From: Gammaproteobacteria bacterium
GTDB taxonomy: Bacteria; Pseudomonadota; Gammaproteobacteria; UBA12402
DNA: 64,000 bases
Assembly: GCA_050123375.1 (NCBI GenBank)
Contig: JASFHF010000002.1
Coordinates: 28,364-92,363, forward strand
Direction: 5' to 3'
Below the pieces are notes generated by a model. The model did not search any database and was not told where the DNA came from. It worked only from the letters and a program-made list of their open reading frames with translations. Position numbers and translations under genes: made by a program. This document shows, in pieces, positions 1 through 9,686 of this stretch (the first letter of the stretch is position 1; each line of letters opens with the position of its first letter).

Positions 1-1
1 T

Positions 2-598
2 TGCGCTACCTTGTGAGCCGGTTAATATTAATATTGGGAAATGCGTGTCAGGTCTAAGGCATTCTAACATCCACGCTAAAACAAGGCATTGATATTGTTT
101 TGGAATATTTATAAATGACCATAATTCATTTATATTGCCATTTTTTTGTGGCAAAGGTAGTGACATCATATTACGTGAACACTTAAATTTTACTGGCGAG
201 CTTTTTAGAATTTCCCATTTTTCTTGGGTTATTTTGATTACGTGTTTTTCATCATCAGCAATGTTTATATAAATAGCTGTATTATCGTATCCAATTCGAT
301 TAAAAACTTTGTGACATTTGCCATTAAAACGAGCTTTGCCTTGTATCGTGTTTAATGCTTCTTGAAGGCTGTTTCGGTTAAGCGCACGTTTATATTTTTC
401 CCAATACGAATGTGATAACCAATCTTGAAACTGTTTGCTTTCGATAACCCAAGTTTCATAATGGCCATTAGTTTTTATGGTTGCATAAACATCACCTAAT
501 TCATCATAAAATAATTCTGTATCAGCGATTAGTTTAATAAGTTTTGTTGATGCTGATTTTTTGGTATTTTCTTCGTCAATATATGTTGCATTTGACAT
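2..598 (-). CDS. Phage/plasmid-type replication ATPase/helicase, N-terminal part (runs off window; absent from ORF track)
   Basis: Manual translation from ATG 598: MSNATYIDEENTKK...LRPDTHFPILILTGSQGSA, open to the edge; ends in the start of a Walker A motif. Confidence 0.7.
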   Translation of the reverse strand, partial: MSNATYIDEENTKKSASTKLIKLIADTELFYDELGDVYATIKTNGHYETWVIESKQFQDWLSHSYWEKYKRALNRNSLQEALNTIQGKARFNGKCHKVFNRIGYDNTAIYINIADDEKHVIKITQEKWEILKSSPVKFKCSRNMMSLPLPQKNGNINELWSFINIPKQYQCLVLAWMLECLRPDTHFPILILTGSQGSA

Positions 599-659
599 TT
601 CTTGCATGTTGCCGAAATCTTTGTCTAGGTCTTGTTTACTTTCATTTTTATGCTTGCAA

Positions 660-1028
660 CTATTCATCATTAACCTCATCTTGTGAAAAGGTAACCGGAT
701 TATCAGCAAGTGGCACGTAAACTACAGATGCTAACGATGATAAAAGGCTATGCGCTAATTTTCTTATAACTTCATATCGCACATTGTCTGCGTCACGCAA
801 CAAGACACTTAATCCTTTTACGATACTCCAATCAAATTCGTCTGGGTGGCGATGTGGTGGTAGAATTAATACATCTTGCCAATTAGAAAAATATTTTGCA
901 TTTTGCCATGCGTCTTGACCAACAAATAAAAAAACATCATTTGTTGGTTTATATCCACATTGCAAAGCAATTAGTAATTTTCTTCCATATGGGGGCAATT
1001 GTTTGATAGTTTTATTTTTATTGGGCAT
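660..1028 (-). CDS. Hypothetical protein of the integrative element
   Basis: 122-aa ORF overlapping its neighbour in a coupled minus-strand operon. Confidence 0.6.
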   Translation of the reverse strand: MPNKNKTIKQLPPYGRKLLIALQCGYKPTNDVFLFVGQDAWQNAKYFSNWQDVLILPPHRHPDEFDWSIVKGLSVLLRDADNVRYEVIRKLAHSLLSSLASVVYVPLADNPVTFSQDEVNDE

Positions 1029-1314
1029 GTTTGTGCTCCCGCTGATTTTTCTTTAAAAAATTACATATAGGTTTATTCATAAAAATAACAAAAGGCATTT
1101 TACTATTAAGATCGTGTATATCGTGTGTAGGGTCTACATCTAATATTTTTAATCTTCTTAATGAAACTATTGCCTTTTTTACCAAAGAAATTGTAAAGTC
1201 AGTTGATTGCGAAATTTCTTTTATAAACATCTCGCCTCTGCTTAGTGATGGGTATACATATGAGTGTTCGTAAAGTTTTTTTAAAACTTTTGTTTCATAA
1301 TTATTAATGTTCAT
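1018..1314 (-). CDS. Hypothetical protein, possible winged-helix DNA-binding protein
   Basis: 98-aa ORF coupled to both neighbours; helical pattern ISQSTDFTISLVKKAIVSLRRLKIL. Confidence 0.5.
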   Translation of the reverse strand: MNINNYETKVLKKLYEHSYVYPSLSRGEMFIKEISQSTDFTISLVKKAIVSLRRLKILDVDPTHDIHDLNSKMPFVIFMNKPICNFLKKNQREHKHAQ

Positions 1315-1528
1315 TTTTAACCCCCATTTCTTGACTGGTACTTTGTCTTAATCCGTGATTAGCAAACCATTCATCGGTTTCTTTAAGTGGATATAGGACT
1401 TTGCCGCGTACTTTGACGTACTTTGGTCCATCACCAGCCCATCGTGCGCGTTGAAACCATTTGCGGCTATATGAGTAACGTTGTGATGCCTGTTTATCGT
1501 TTATGTATATTGTCTGAATATTATTCAT
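1304..1528 (-). CDS. AlpA/excisionase-like HTH protein
   Basis: ASQRYSYSRKWFQRARWAGDGPKYVKVRGKVLYPLKETDEW; GGAGG RBS before ATG 1528. Confidence 0.8.
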   Translation of the reverse strand: MNNIQTIYINDKQASQRYSYSRKWFQRARWAGDGPKYVKVRGKVLYPLKETDEWFANHGLRQSTSQEMGVKNEH

Positions 1529-1718
1529 AAATATCCTCCATGAATTTATAATAAGATTGTGTTGCAATTACGCTCTTGTAATATGCTTGTATCGTTTATA
1601 ATAGCTGCTATTTTTGATCGTGCAACGTAAGGGCAAGTGGGATAACTGCAGGGTGATGGCGGGATAACCCCTGAATAAGTTATTGAATTTTATATTGAAA
1701 ATGGGGTAATGGGTTTTT

Positions 1719-2588
1719 TTAATTTATTTTTCTTGCGCCACCACTTTTGTAGCATTTTGGAGTTACTATTTTTGACAATCTTGATATTAATGCGTTAGAT
1801 ATTTGTTTTTTACTGCCTAATATTTTTATAGCCATTTCTTCATTATTTTCAAACCATTTTATTACGTTTTTCTCCATTTCTTGTTTGGGGTTAAATTGGT
1901 TTTTTACAAATAAATCTGTCCAAATTAGAGGTGCTATTTCTAGTTCTGGAGCGTAATATTTATAATTTCTATCTAGATGCTTAATATGTTCATTTTTGAT
2001 ATTGTTTTGTGATGAAATTTTATGATTTTCTAAAGTTTTTTCTTTGGGTTTTATTTTTTCTGCGTGTTTTTTTAAATCTTCATGCATAATTTTAATTTTA
2101 TCTATTGCAAATAAGCAGGTATGCTCGCTAAACTCTTTGTCAATAAAAAAGCATAAATCGTTTTTTATTGGTTCTTCTAATAATGATTTTGTGTGATTCT
2201 CATCAAGGTCATTATTGCATTGTGCATTTAAAGGGATACGTTCATTATATGCTCGACGTGTAACAATTTCTTGCCCGTAATTTAATGCATTTGAAGATGC
2301 GGGCTTAAAAAGATTAATTCTTGCAAATGATCCATGCCAGCATATAAGATCAGTCATAATTGGCTCAAAATAGCCACTAATTTTAACTTTGCCTAGCCAT
2401 GTATATTTATTATTGCTACATTGTAATATTGACGCAGTTGTTCCTTCTATTTTAAAAATTGGACGTATTTTTTTTGTATCCACTAATTCTGTAATATCAT
2501 CATATGAATATCGAATTGTTTTTGTAAGTTTTGAGAGTTTATTTGCGGCTTCATGTATATCGTAATAAGTTCTATCAGGTGATTCCAT
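1719..2588 (-). CDS. Hypothetical protein downstream of integrase
   Basis: Long ORF; AAGGA RBS before ATG 2588. Confidence 0.65.
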   Translation of the reverse strand: MESPDRTYYDIHEAANKLSKLTKTIRYSYDDITELVDTKKIRPIFKIEGTTASILQCSNNKYTWLGKVKISGYFEPIMTDLICWHGSFARINLFKPASSNALNYGQEIVTRRAYNERIPLNAQCNNDLDENHTKSLLEEPIKNDLCFFIDKEFSEHTCLFAIDKIKIMHEDLKKHAEKIKPKEKTLENHKISSQNNIKNEHIKHLDRNYKYYAPELEIAPLIWTDLFVKNQFNPKQEMEKNVIKWFENNEEMAIKILGSKKQISNALISRLSKIVTPKCYKSGGARKIN

Positions 2589-2621
2589 AATTTTGTTCCT
2601 TCTAATACCCTTCAAAAACTA

Positions 2622-2676
2622 GTCAAGCAAGGGCGGTGAAGGTTGCCGCTTTTTCGGGAGCTACCCTAGGCTCGGC
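2622..2676 (-). ncRNA. Structured RNA resembling the int-alpA motif
   Basis: Minus strand GCCGAGCCTAGGGTAGCTCCCGAAAAAGCGGCAACCTTCACCGCCCTTGCTTGAC folds into an outer stem with two hairpins; lies just after the integrase stop and upstream of an alpA-like gene; family recalled from memory. Confidence 0.55.
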
Positions 2677-2681
2677 ATGAG

Positions 2682-3935
2682 TTAATTTTCTTTTGCGACA
2701 TTCAGTTTAACCATGTTATTTTTACCGTTGATTTTTGTTGTTCGCAAAAGATAATCGGTAATAGTTTGCATCGGTTTTCGTAATCTTTCAACATCAATAA
2801 CAATATATCCGGCTGTAACGTCACTGTTAGTTTTATGGTTTAATAGTTTTTTTAGAGCATAGGCGGGAATATCCAGCGATTCAGCAATGGTTATAAACGT
2901 TCTGCGTAAGTCATGTAGTGTAAATTGTACCCCAGATATATCGGTGATTTTTTGCATAACTTTGCGTGGTTCTACGATATAACCAGTTTTGCTGGTGCTA
3001 GGAAAAACGAAATCTGAATTGCTGGTCTCTTTGCGCTTATTTAGTAAGTCAAATAGGAAATTTGATAATGGCAATACATGATTGCGACTGTTTTTGGTGT
3101 CGATGATAGTAATTGTTTTGCCGATCAAGTCTACTCTATCCCATGTCAGCTTTGCCGCTTCTGCTCTGCGCAGTCCTGTGAAAAGCAATAACAACAAATA
3201 ATCTTTTATGGTTTCAATTCGGTTGATTATGCGTTCGGGTTGTACATTGGCTAATGCATCGTGCCATGCAGCTAATTCATGTTCTTTGATAACGGTGTCT
3301 CTACGTTTAACCTTGTACCATGCCCTTGTATGCGACAATCTTTTTACAGGATTTTCGGTGATTAATGAGCGGCCTTTGGCGTTTTCATATTCGCCCATAG
3401 CAAAGTTAAAGATAGCTCTTAGCGTTCTCATAGCGAGGTTCGCGCGTGCTTGACTGCGTTGTCCTACCTTGGTATGGCGTTTGGCTATCATGTCTTTAGT
3501 TATGTCTAGTAAGGGTTTGTTACGCCAATCATTAAACGATTCTTTCATGACTTGGTGGTAATCAAAGATGGTTCTAGGTTTTAATGATTTTCTGGCCTTT
3601 AGGTAATCTTCAAATGCTTCTTGCAGTGTAATGCGTTTTGCTTTGTTTTCTTTCTTTTCAGCTATTGGGTCAATGCCAGTAGCGATTTTGTGTAGAAATT
3701 TTAGTGCTTCTTTGCGTGCCAATTCCACTGTTAGTTCAGGATAGCGGCCAATGGTTATACGGCGTTGTTTGTTGTTAATAAGTTTTTCAATAAAAAATGA
3801 TTTTGTGCCCCCTGAGGTTACTCTGATGCCAAAACCTTTTAGAGAATCGTCGTAATAACGTTTCTGAACCGTTTTGCCGGCTTTAATTGTTTTGGGGGCA
3901 GGTAATTTGTCTACGGCTGCTTTGGTTAGCCTCAT
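2682..3935 (-). CDS. int: Tyrosine recombinase/integrase with N-terminal arm-binding domain
   Basis: Catalytic motifs TGLRRAEA, DTKN, HDLRR, LLNH, GY; likely start MRLTKAAVDKL at 3935. Confidence 0.95.
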   Translation of the reverse strand: MRLTKAAVDKLPAPKTIKAGKTVQKRYYDDSLKGFGIRVTSGGTKSFFIEKLINNKQRRITIGRYPELTVELARKEALKFLHKIATGIDPIAEKKENKAKRITLQEAFEDYLKARKSLKPRTIFDYHQVMKESFNDWRNKPLLDITKDMIAKRHTKVGQRSQARANLAMRTLRAIFNFAMGEYENAKGRSLITENPVKRLSHTRAWYKVKRRDTVIKEHELAAWHDALANVQPERIINRIETIKDYLLLLLFTGLRRAEAAKLTWDRVDLIGKTITIIDTKNSRNHVLPLSNFLFDLLNKRKETSNSDFVFPSTSKTGYIVEPRKVMQKITDISGVQFTLHDLRRTFITIAESLDIPAYALKKLLNHKTNSDVTAGYIVIDVERLRKPMQTITDYLLRTTKINGKNNMVKLNVAKEN

Positions 3936-4126
3936 GGCGTTCAAATTCCTTGTGTTTGTTGCGTGTCGTATATGTGTCGTACAACCAGTTAAAATTATTT
4001 CAAACAGCAACGGATAGATTGTAACCACATTGTAATGCGTTTTAGTCTAGAAATAAAGGGTTTTTGGGAAGATTTAGTATTCTTTAGCTGCGGATTAAAA
4101 TTTAAACAAAAAATGCTTGAATTAGA

Positions 4127-4169
4127 ACTCATAATCCGTTGGTCCTAGGTTCGAGTCCTAGTGGGCCCA
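4127..4169 (+). repeat. att site: 3' half of tRNA-Ile2(CAU), anticodon loop to acceptor end
   Basis: ACTCATAATCCGTTGGTCCTAGGTTCGAGTCCTAGTGGGCCCA has a CAT loop, T-arm and acceptor 3' strand, but no D-arm or 5' half upstream. Confidence 0.85.
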
Positions 4170-4310
4170 GTTTTGAAATAACTTAGGTAAATCAATGGGT
4201 CATCCCCCAAATCCGGGGGCACAATTTATTAAGATCGTAATACAATAGACTCTCAAAGGCTTTTTGACTAAAATTCTTCAATATTCTCTATTCTCTAAGG
4301 TGTTTTAAAT

Positions 4311-5516
4311 ATGAACCAAAAAATCAATTACAAAATATTTTTCCCAATATTATTGATGTTTTATTCAATTGGGCAAATTACTTCGGATATGTATGTGCCT
4401 TCAATGCCGGCAATTACTTCTATATTTCATTCTACCAGTTCAATGATTCAATGGTCGATGTCATCATATATGTTGGGTTTTAGTTTATCGCAATTAGCAT
4501 ATGGGCCATTAACTGATCATTATGGAAGGAGGTTAATAATTTTGTTGGGATTGGCGGTCGGATTTATGGGTACGTTTGTTTGTTTTATGGCTGTTTCACC
4601 AGCGATGCTTATTATTGGTCGTTTAATTCAAGGAATTGGCATGGGCGTTGGCATTACGTTGGCTGGATCGGTAATGCGAGATTTATTTAGTGGTGCTGAG
4701 CTTGCAAAAATTGGCTCATTTATGTCGATAGGAGCAACGATATTAATTGGAGCTGGCCCCATTTTTGGTGGCTATTTTCAACATTATTTAGGTTGGCGAA
4801 GTGTGTTTGGTTTTTTGATGATTTATAGTTTAATTGTCTGGTTGATGATTTGTTTCTTTTTACCAGAAACCAGTTCAGAAGATAAACCGCCATATTTTAG
4901 TTTTAAAAAATTATTTTCCCATTTTCGTAAAATTTTAACTACTAAAATTTTTTTGGGAAATGTTTTATGTACAACATCTGCTTATGCAGGATGTTTGGCA
5001 TTTTACACGATGAGTACTTTTTTATTGCAAGAAAAAGTTGGGCTTACTGCGGTTGCGTACGGTTGGTCATGTATTGTTATTGTGTTGGCATTTCTAGTTG
5101 GTAGCATGATTAATGCACGTTACGTTATGAAAGTTGGAATAAATTTTATGATGCTTCTTGGTGCAGGTCTTATTGTAATAGCTGGGAGTTCCATGTTAAT
5201 TGCCGCATTGTTAGGATATATGAATATTTTTGTTATCGTAATTCCGGCAATGATCTATGGATTTGGAGCGATATTTTTAATGTCCAATGCATTTGCTGGA
5301 GCTTTAACGCCGTTTCCATATATTCCAGGCGCAGCTAATGCATTATATGGTAGTATCCAAATCGGTGGTGGTTTTATTGCAACATCTATAATCGCATCAT
5401 TTAAATTCAATAGCCAAGAACCATTAGCAATAATTTATTTGGTTATTGGTGTATTAGCGCTTGTTGCACTTAAGCAATTAGTGATGAAGGAAAAAGTTAA
5501 AACATCTTCGGCGTAA
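4311..5516 (+). CDS. Bcr/CflA family MFS transporter
   Basis: DMYVPSMP, GPLTDHYGRR motif A, LPET; about 12 hydrophobic segments. Confidence 0.9.
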   Translation: MNQKINYKIFFPILLMFYSIGQITSDMYVPSMPAITSIFHSTSSMIQWSMSSYMLGFSLSQLAYGPLTDHYGRRLIILLGLAVGFMGTFVCFMAVSPAMLIIGRLIQGIGMGVGITLAGSVMRDLFSGAELAKIGSFMSIGATILIGAGPIFGGYFQHYLGWRSVFGFLMIYSLIVWLMICFFLPETSSEDKPPYFSFKKLFSHFRKILTTKIFLGNVLCTTSAYAGCLAFYTMSTFLLQEKVGLTAVAYGWSCIVIVLAFLVGSMINARYVMKVGINFMMLLGAGLIVIAGSSMLIAALLGYMNIFVIVIPAMIYGFGAIFLMSNAFAGALTPFPYIPGAANALYGSIQIGGGFIATSIIASFKFNSQEPLAIIYLVIGVLALVALKQLVMKEKVKTSSA

Positions 5517-5718
5517 AAAAGATGGTTCTCACGGATTTTATAAAGCTCTAGGGTATAAGAATGAAGGTTATATGGCGAAACTATATTTAAGAAAAGAATT
5601 TTAAGTTTTTTTTCGCCGTTTGCTAAGAGTTTATAAGTTTTTTATTGCAACGCATGTATATTATCTCCGCAATGAATTGTGTATAACATTTTCGATGAAA
5701 TTATATTATAATATTAGC

Positions 5719-6897
5719 ATGAAAAGAAATTTCCTGATTTTATTTTTAGTAATTTTAGTAATTACCATCGGACAATGTGTAGATGTTTATCTTCCGTCGA
5801 TGCCGTCGATGGCGGTTGCGCTTAATACTTCGATGCAGTTGATTCAATTGACAATCACTATTGCTATGGTTGCGTTTGGTATAGCATTATTCGTTTATGG
5901 TCCTTTGTCTGATTATTTTGGGCGGCGTAAAGTTGCTTTGTTTGGGATTGGTTTTTTCGTGGCGGGTTCAATTTTATGTGTGTTTGCGGTAAACGTTACC
6001 ATGTTAATTATCGGTCGTGTGATTCAAGGGGTAGGTATTGCTTGTGCTGGTGCAGTTGCACCTGCTGCATTGCGTGATACTTTCACTGGGCCTAAGTTAG
6101 CAAAAGCGTTTTCACAGGTTAGTATGGTATTGGCAATTACGCCTGTGGTTGCTCCAATTTTAGGCGGTTATTTGCAGTATAATTTTGATTGGCGTGCACC
6201 TTTTATATTTTTGTTTTTATATTCATTTATTATCTTTTTATTATATTTATTTTTATTTCCAGAAACCAATAAACAATTAAGACAATCAGTGATTCATCCA
6301 AAACTAGTAATTAAAGATTATGCATTCATGTTTGTGAACGTAAAATATTTGGCTTTGGTTTTTTGTTTTGTCTTTGTTTTTGCTGGGGAAATTTCTTACG
6401 CGATAGTTGCGCCATTTTTATATCAAAGTAAATTGGGTTTAACCTCTGTTGCTAATGGATGGTTAATTTTTTTGACGGTTTTTGGATATTTGTTGGGGTC
6501 ATTTGCTTCGTTACGTTTATGTGCTAAGTTGAATGCGTTGCAATTGATTACCATTGGTGCGTATTTTGCGTTTTTAGGTGGTGTGGTAATGTTGGTTTTA
6601 GCCTGGTTGAATTTATTTTCTGTTGTAGTAATTCTTATCCCGATGATGATATTTATGTTTGGAGCAGGTTTAATTTATCCAAATGTAATTGCTGCAGGTA
6701 TGTCTTGTTATTCTGAAAGAAGTGGTATGGCTGGTAGTGTTATGAGCGCATTACAAATAGGCGGTGGCGGTGTTATAGCCAGCGTAATGGCGCGTATCCA
6801 GATTAATAGTCAATTACCGCTTGCTATATTATTAGTTGGTTTGTCTGTGTTGACAATTATAATGGTTTTGCTGTTGAAAAAAATCAAAATTTCTTGA
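5719..6897 (+). CDS. Bcr/CflA family MFS transporter
   Basis: DVYLPSMP, GPLSDYFGRR, FPET; likely start MKRNFL at 5719. Confidence 0.9.
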   Translation: MKRNFLILFLVILVITIGQCVDVYLPSMPSMAVALNTSMQLIQLTITIAMVAFGIALFVYGPLSDYFGRRKVALFGIGFFVAGSILCVFAVNVTMLIIGRVIQGVGIACAGAVAPAALRDTFTGPKLAKAFSQVSMVLAITPVVAPILGGYLQYNFDWRAPFIFLFLYSFIIFLLYLFLFPETNKQLRQSVIHPKLVIKDYAFMFVNVKYLALVFCFVFVFAGEISYAIVAPFLYQSKLGLTSVANGWLIFLTVFGYLLGSFASLRLCAKLNALQLITIGAYFAFLGGVVMLVLAWLNLFSVVVILIPMMIFMFGAGLIYPNVIAAGMSCYSERSGMAGSVMSALQIGGGGVIASVMARIQINSQLPLAILLVGLSVLTIIMVLLLKKIKIS

Positions 6898-6994
6898 CTT
6901 TGTTAGTGATAGTAATTACATTGTACTGAAACTTTATTCATCCCATTTTTTAATTCTTATTTTATTCTTACTAAAATTTTGAGGAGTCTTGGTT

Positions 6995-7744
6995 ATGCTA
7001 AAAAATGAACTTGCTTTAATTACTGGAGCAACCAGTGGTATTGGTGCAGTATATGCGCGTAAACTTGCGGGGCACAATTACGATTTAATTCTTACTGGAA
7101 GAAGAAAAGAACAGCTAAATTCTTTAGCGCAAGAATTAATAAGTAAACATAGTATTAAAGTGGAAACAGTTATTGCCGAATTATCTGATGATGCTGATCT
7201 TGAAATGTTAACAGACAAAATTAAAAATTTGCCGGACTTATCGATGTTAATAAATAACGCTGGTTTTCTTTCTCATTGTGATTTTGTTGATGGTGATATT
7301 AATTTGTATGAGAATATGGTGCAGACACATATATTGGCTATAATGAAGTTTACCCACGCTGCTTTGCAAAACATGAAGAAAAAAAATGCCGGTTCGATTA
7401 TTAATGTATCTTCGATTGGATCGTATTATCCTTATCCACAGTCTTCGGTATATTGTGCGACCAAAGCGTTTATTAGCATCTTTACTGAGACTATAGCTAT
7501 GGAACTTAAAGATACTGCTATTCGTATACAGTCTTTGTGTCCCGGTATGACTGCTACAGATATTTTTGAGCGCATTGGCGAAGATATAAGAGAACTTTCT
7601 GCAAAACGTAACGTGAAATTCATGTCAGCTGAAGATGTGGTTTATTTGTCGTTTGAATATTTAAAAGAGAATAGGGTCGTTTGTATTCCGGGAGATCATA
7701 ACCAATTGTTAGTATGGCAGCGTGCCACAAAAAGATTACTTTAA
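6995..7744 (+). CDS. Short-chain dehydrogenase/reductase
   Basis: TGATSGIG, NNAG, SS..YCATK; GAGGAG RBS before ATG 6995. Confidence 0.92.
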   Translation: MLKNELALITGATSGIGAVYARKLAGHNYDLILTGRRKEQLNSLAQELISKHSIKVETVIAELSDDADLEMLTDKIKNLPDLSMLINNAGFLSHCDFVDGDINLYENMVQTHILAIMKFTHAALQNMKKKNAGSIINVSSIGSYYPYPQSSVYCATKAFISIFTETIAMELKDTAIRIQSLCPGMTATDIFERIGEDIRELSAKRNVKFMSAEDVVYLSFEYLKENRVVCIPGDHNQLLVWQRATKRLL

Positions 7745-7767
7745 TAATATAAAAGAGGAAAATAATT

Positions 7768-8064
7768 ATGCAAGAAGAAGTCGTATGTGTGGCAACCTTT
7801 GTTGCCAAAGAAGGCAAAGCGGATCAACTTAAAAAAGATATGTCAGATTTAGTTGATCCAACCAGAAAAGAAGAAGGGAATTTAAGATATGAGCTTAATC
7901 AAAGCTTGGATAACGATCATGAGTTTGTTATGGTAGAAAAATATAAAAGTAAAGAAGCTTTTGATTTACACGGAAAACAATCTCACATGCAGCATTTTAT
8001 CAACGTTACATTGAAAGAGGTGGTAGAATCTGCATCGGTTAAACTGCATAAACAAGTTTTGTAG
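7768..8064 (+). CDS. Antibiotic biosynthesis monooxygenase (putative quinol monooxygenase) family
   Basis: TRKEEGNLRYEL, FVMVEKYKSKEAFDLH..QSHM pattern. Confidence 0.85.
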   Translation: MQEEVVCVATFVAKEGKADQLKKDMSDLVDPTRKEEGNLRYELNQSLDNDHEFVMVEKYKSKEAFDLHGKQSHMQHFINVTLKEVVESASVKLHKQVL

Positions 8065-8086
8065 GAAATAATATTTCCAGTTTAAA

Positions 8087-8312
8087 TTGGAACTCATGAT
8101 TTTACAACCAGTTTGTTTTTGTAAAATCATGAGTCAGCAAGCACAATCATAGCTTTAATAGAACACAAGTATATCATGCGCGGTAGCTGCCACAGAAATA
8201 AACTAAGTGGTAATTACCGCGCATGCCGGATCTGTGTTTTGTTTTAGTTGTGCAGATGCGCGGTGACTCGCGATTTTACAAAACAAGCTGGTTGTAAAAT
8301 CGCGAGTTCCAA
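8087..8312. repeat. About 226-bp palindromic element (MITE/REPIN-like), copy 1
   Basis: About 50-bp terminal inverted repeats TTGGAACTC..., each a hairpin itself; internal inverted repeat; second copy at 14756. Confidence 0.9.
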
Positions 8313-8375
8313 TATTAACACCAAGTAACAATTAGTGTGCTATAAACCCGGCTTTTTGAGGTAAGATTGGTATAT

Positions 8376-9572
8376 ATGAAATCAGTTAATTTTATTTTTA
8401 TTCTTGCGGTTTTTTTTGCGACAATCGGTGGGGTTTCGTCTGATTTGTATTTGCCGTCATTACCCGCAATTGCGCATAGTTTGCATACGTCAGTTTCGTT
8501 AACCCAGTTATCTGTGGCTTTGTTTATGTTGGGTTTAAGCTTTGCCAGATTAATTGTGGCAATAGTTTCAGATGCTTTTGGGCGCAAAAACCCGTTAATG
8601 ATTAGTTTATTAATTTGTTTGGTTGGTTGTGCATGTTGTTTGTTTGCCACTAATATTTATGTGTTATTAGTTGGGCGTTTACTGCAAGGATTTGGCGCAG
8701 GCGGCAGCAATATTTTAGGTAGAGTTATATTACGTGATGGGGTTCCGAGTAATCTTTTAGCAAAATACATGTCATATTTTTCTATGATTGGTATTACCTT
8801 AATGAGTGCAGCGCCTTTTATTGGCGGATATATTGAGCGTTATTTTAATTGGCGTGTATCTTTTGTAATACTGTTAATTTATACTGTTACTGCATTGATT
8901 GTTTCAATTTTTTTGTTACCGGAAACCAACAAGTTTAAAAATACAGACAATCTAAAATTAAGTTTTTTAAAAACAAATTTAAAAACACTTTTTGTTGAAC
9001 CAACGTTTATAATTTCAGCATTATTTTTAGCGATTGGTTATGGAAGTTTGGTTGCGTGGTTGACTGCTGGTCCAATAATATTGCAAAAAGTTCTATTGCT
9101 ATCTCCAGTGACGTTTGGTTGGTGCGCAGCTTTGATAGGGTTTTGTTATTTTTTAGCGGCATTTACTAATAGCAAATTAGTTAATAGATTTGCGATACAT
9201 AAAATTCAGCGATTTGGTATATGGTGTTTTTTTGCTGGTGGAATTATGTTATTAATTCCAAGCTTATTTTTTCATTATATTAGTTTGGCAGCGTTTATTT
9301 TGCCATTGATGTTAGCAATTTATGGATTAGGCTTATTAGTTCCTAATTCGTATGTTGTTGGTTTAATACCATTTGCTAAAATTGCAGGAATTGCTGCAGC
9401 AGTGCTTTCTTTTATTCAGGTTATCGGTGCTTTTATTACTAGCACTATTATTTCATTATCACCAAATCGTAATCAAATGCCAGTAGGCTTGATATTATGT
9501 GTTGGTGGATTTATCTGTTTGATTTTAATTAGGTTTTTGAAGAAAACTAGATTAAAATTAAAAAGTGTATAA
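8376..9572 (+). CDS. Bcr/CflA family MFS transporter
   Basis: DLYLPSLP, SDAFGRK, LPET; TM pattern. Confidence 0.9.
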   Translation: MKSVNFIFILAVFFATIGGVSSDLYLPSLPAIAHSLHTSVSLTQLSVALFMLGLSFARLIVAIVSDAFGRKNPLMISLLICLVGCACCLFATNIYVLLVGRLLQGFGAGGSNILGRVILRDGVPSNLLAKYMSYFSMIGITLMSAAPFIGGYIERYFNWRVSFVILLIYTVTALIVSIFLLPETNKFKNTDNLKLSFLKTNLKTLFVEPTFIISALFLAIGYGSLVAWLTAGPIILQKVLLLSPVTFGWCAALIGFCYFLAAFTNSKLVNRFAIHKIQRFGIWCFFAGGIMLLIPSLFFHYISLAAFILPLMLAIYGLGLLVPNSYVVGLIPFAKIAGIAAAVLSFIQVIGAFITSTIISLSPNRNQMPVGLILCVGGFICLILIRFLKKTRLKLKSV

Positions 9573-9686
9573 ATATTTGTAATATACGTTTTTATGTGTA
9601 TAATATATTTTAATTATATCCCAAATACATCTCCCTTGAAAAAATCTTTTTAATTCATATTTTATATTTAACTAGGAGAGCTACAA

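Larger units (their letters stand above)
1..4169. mobile_element. Right end of an integrative element (satellite/IME-like) inserted in a tRNA-Ile2(CAU) gene; left end outside the window
   Basis: Integrase next to a tRNA 3' fragment and pointing inward, followed by AlpA-like HTH, small ORFs and a P-loop ATPase, all on the minus strand. Confidence 0.8.

Noticed and set aside
4127-4169. Complete tRNA gene
   Set aside because: No acceptor 5' strand or D-arm upstream; it is an att fragment
8315-8650. 111-aa minus-strand ORF and similar antisense ORFs (e.g. 3208, 12179, 30894, 38575, 43415, 44012)
   Set aside because: Shadows of well-supported genes on the opposite strand, with no motifs
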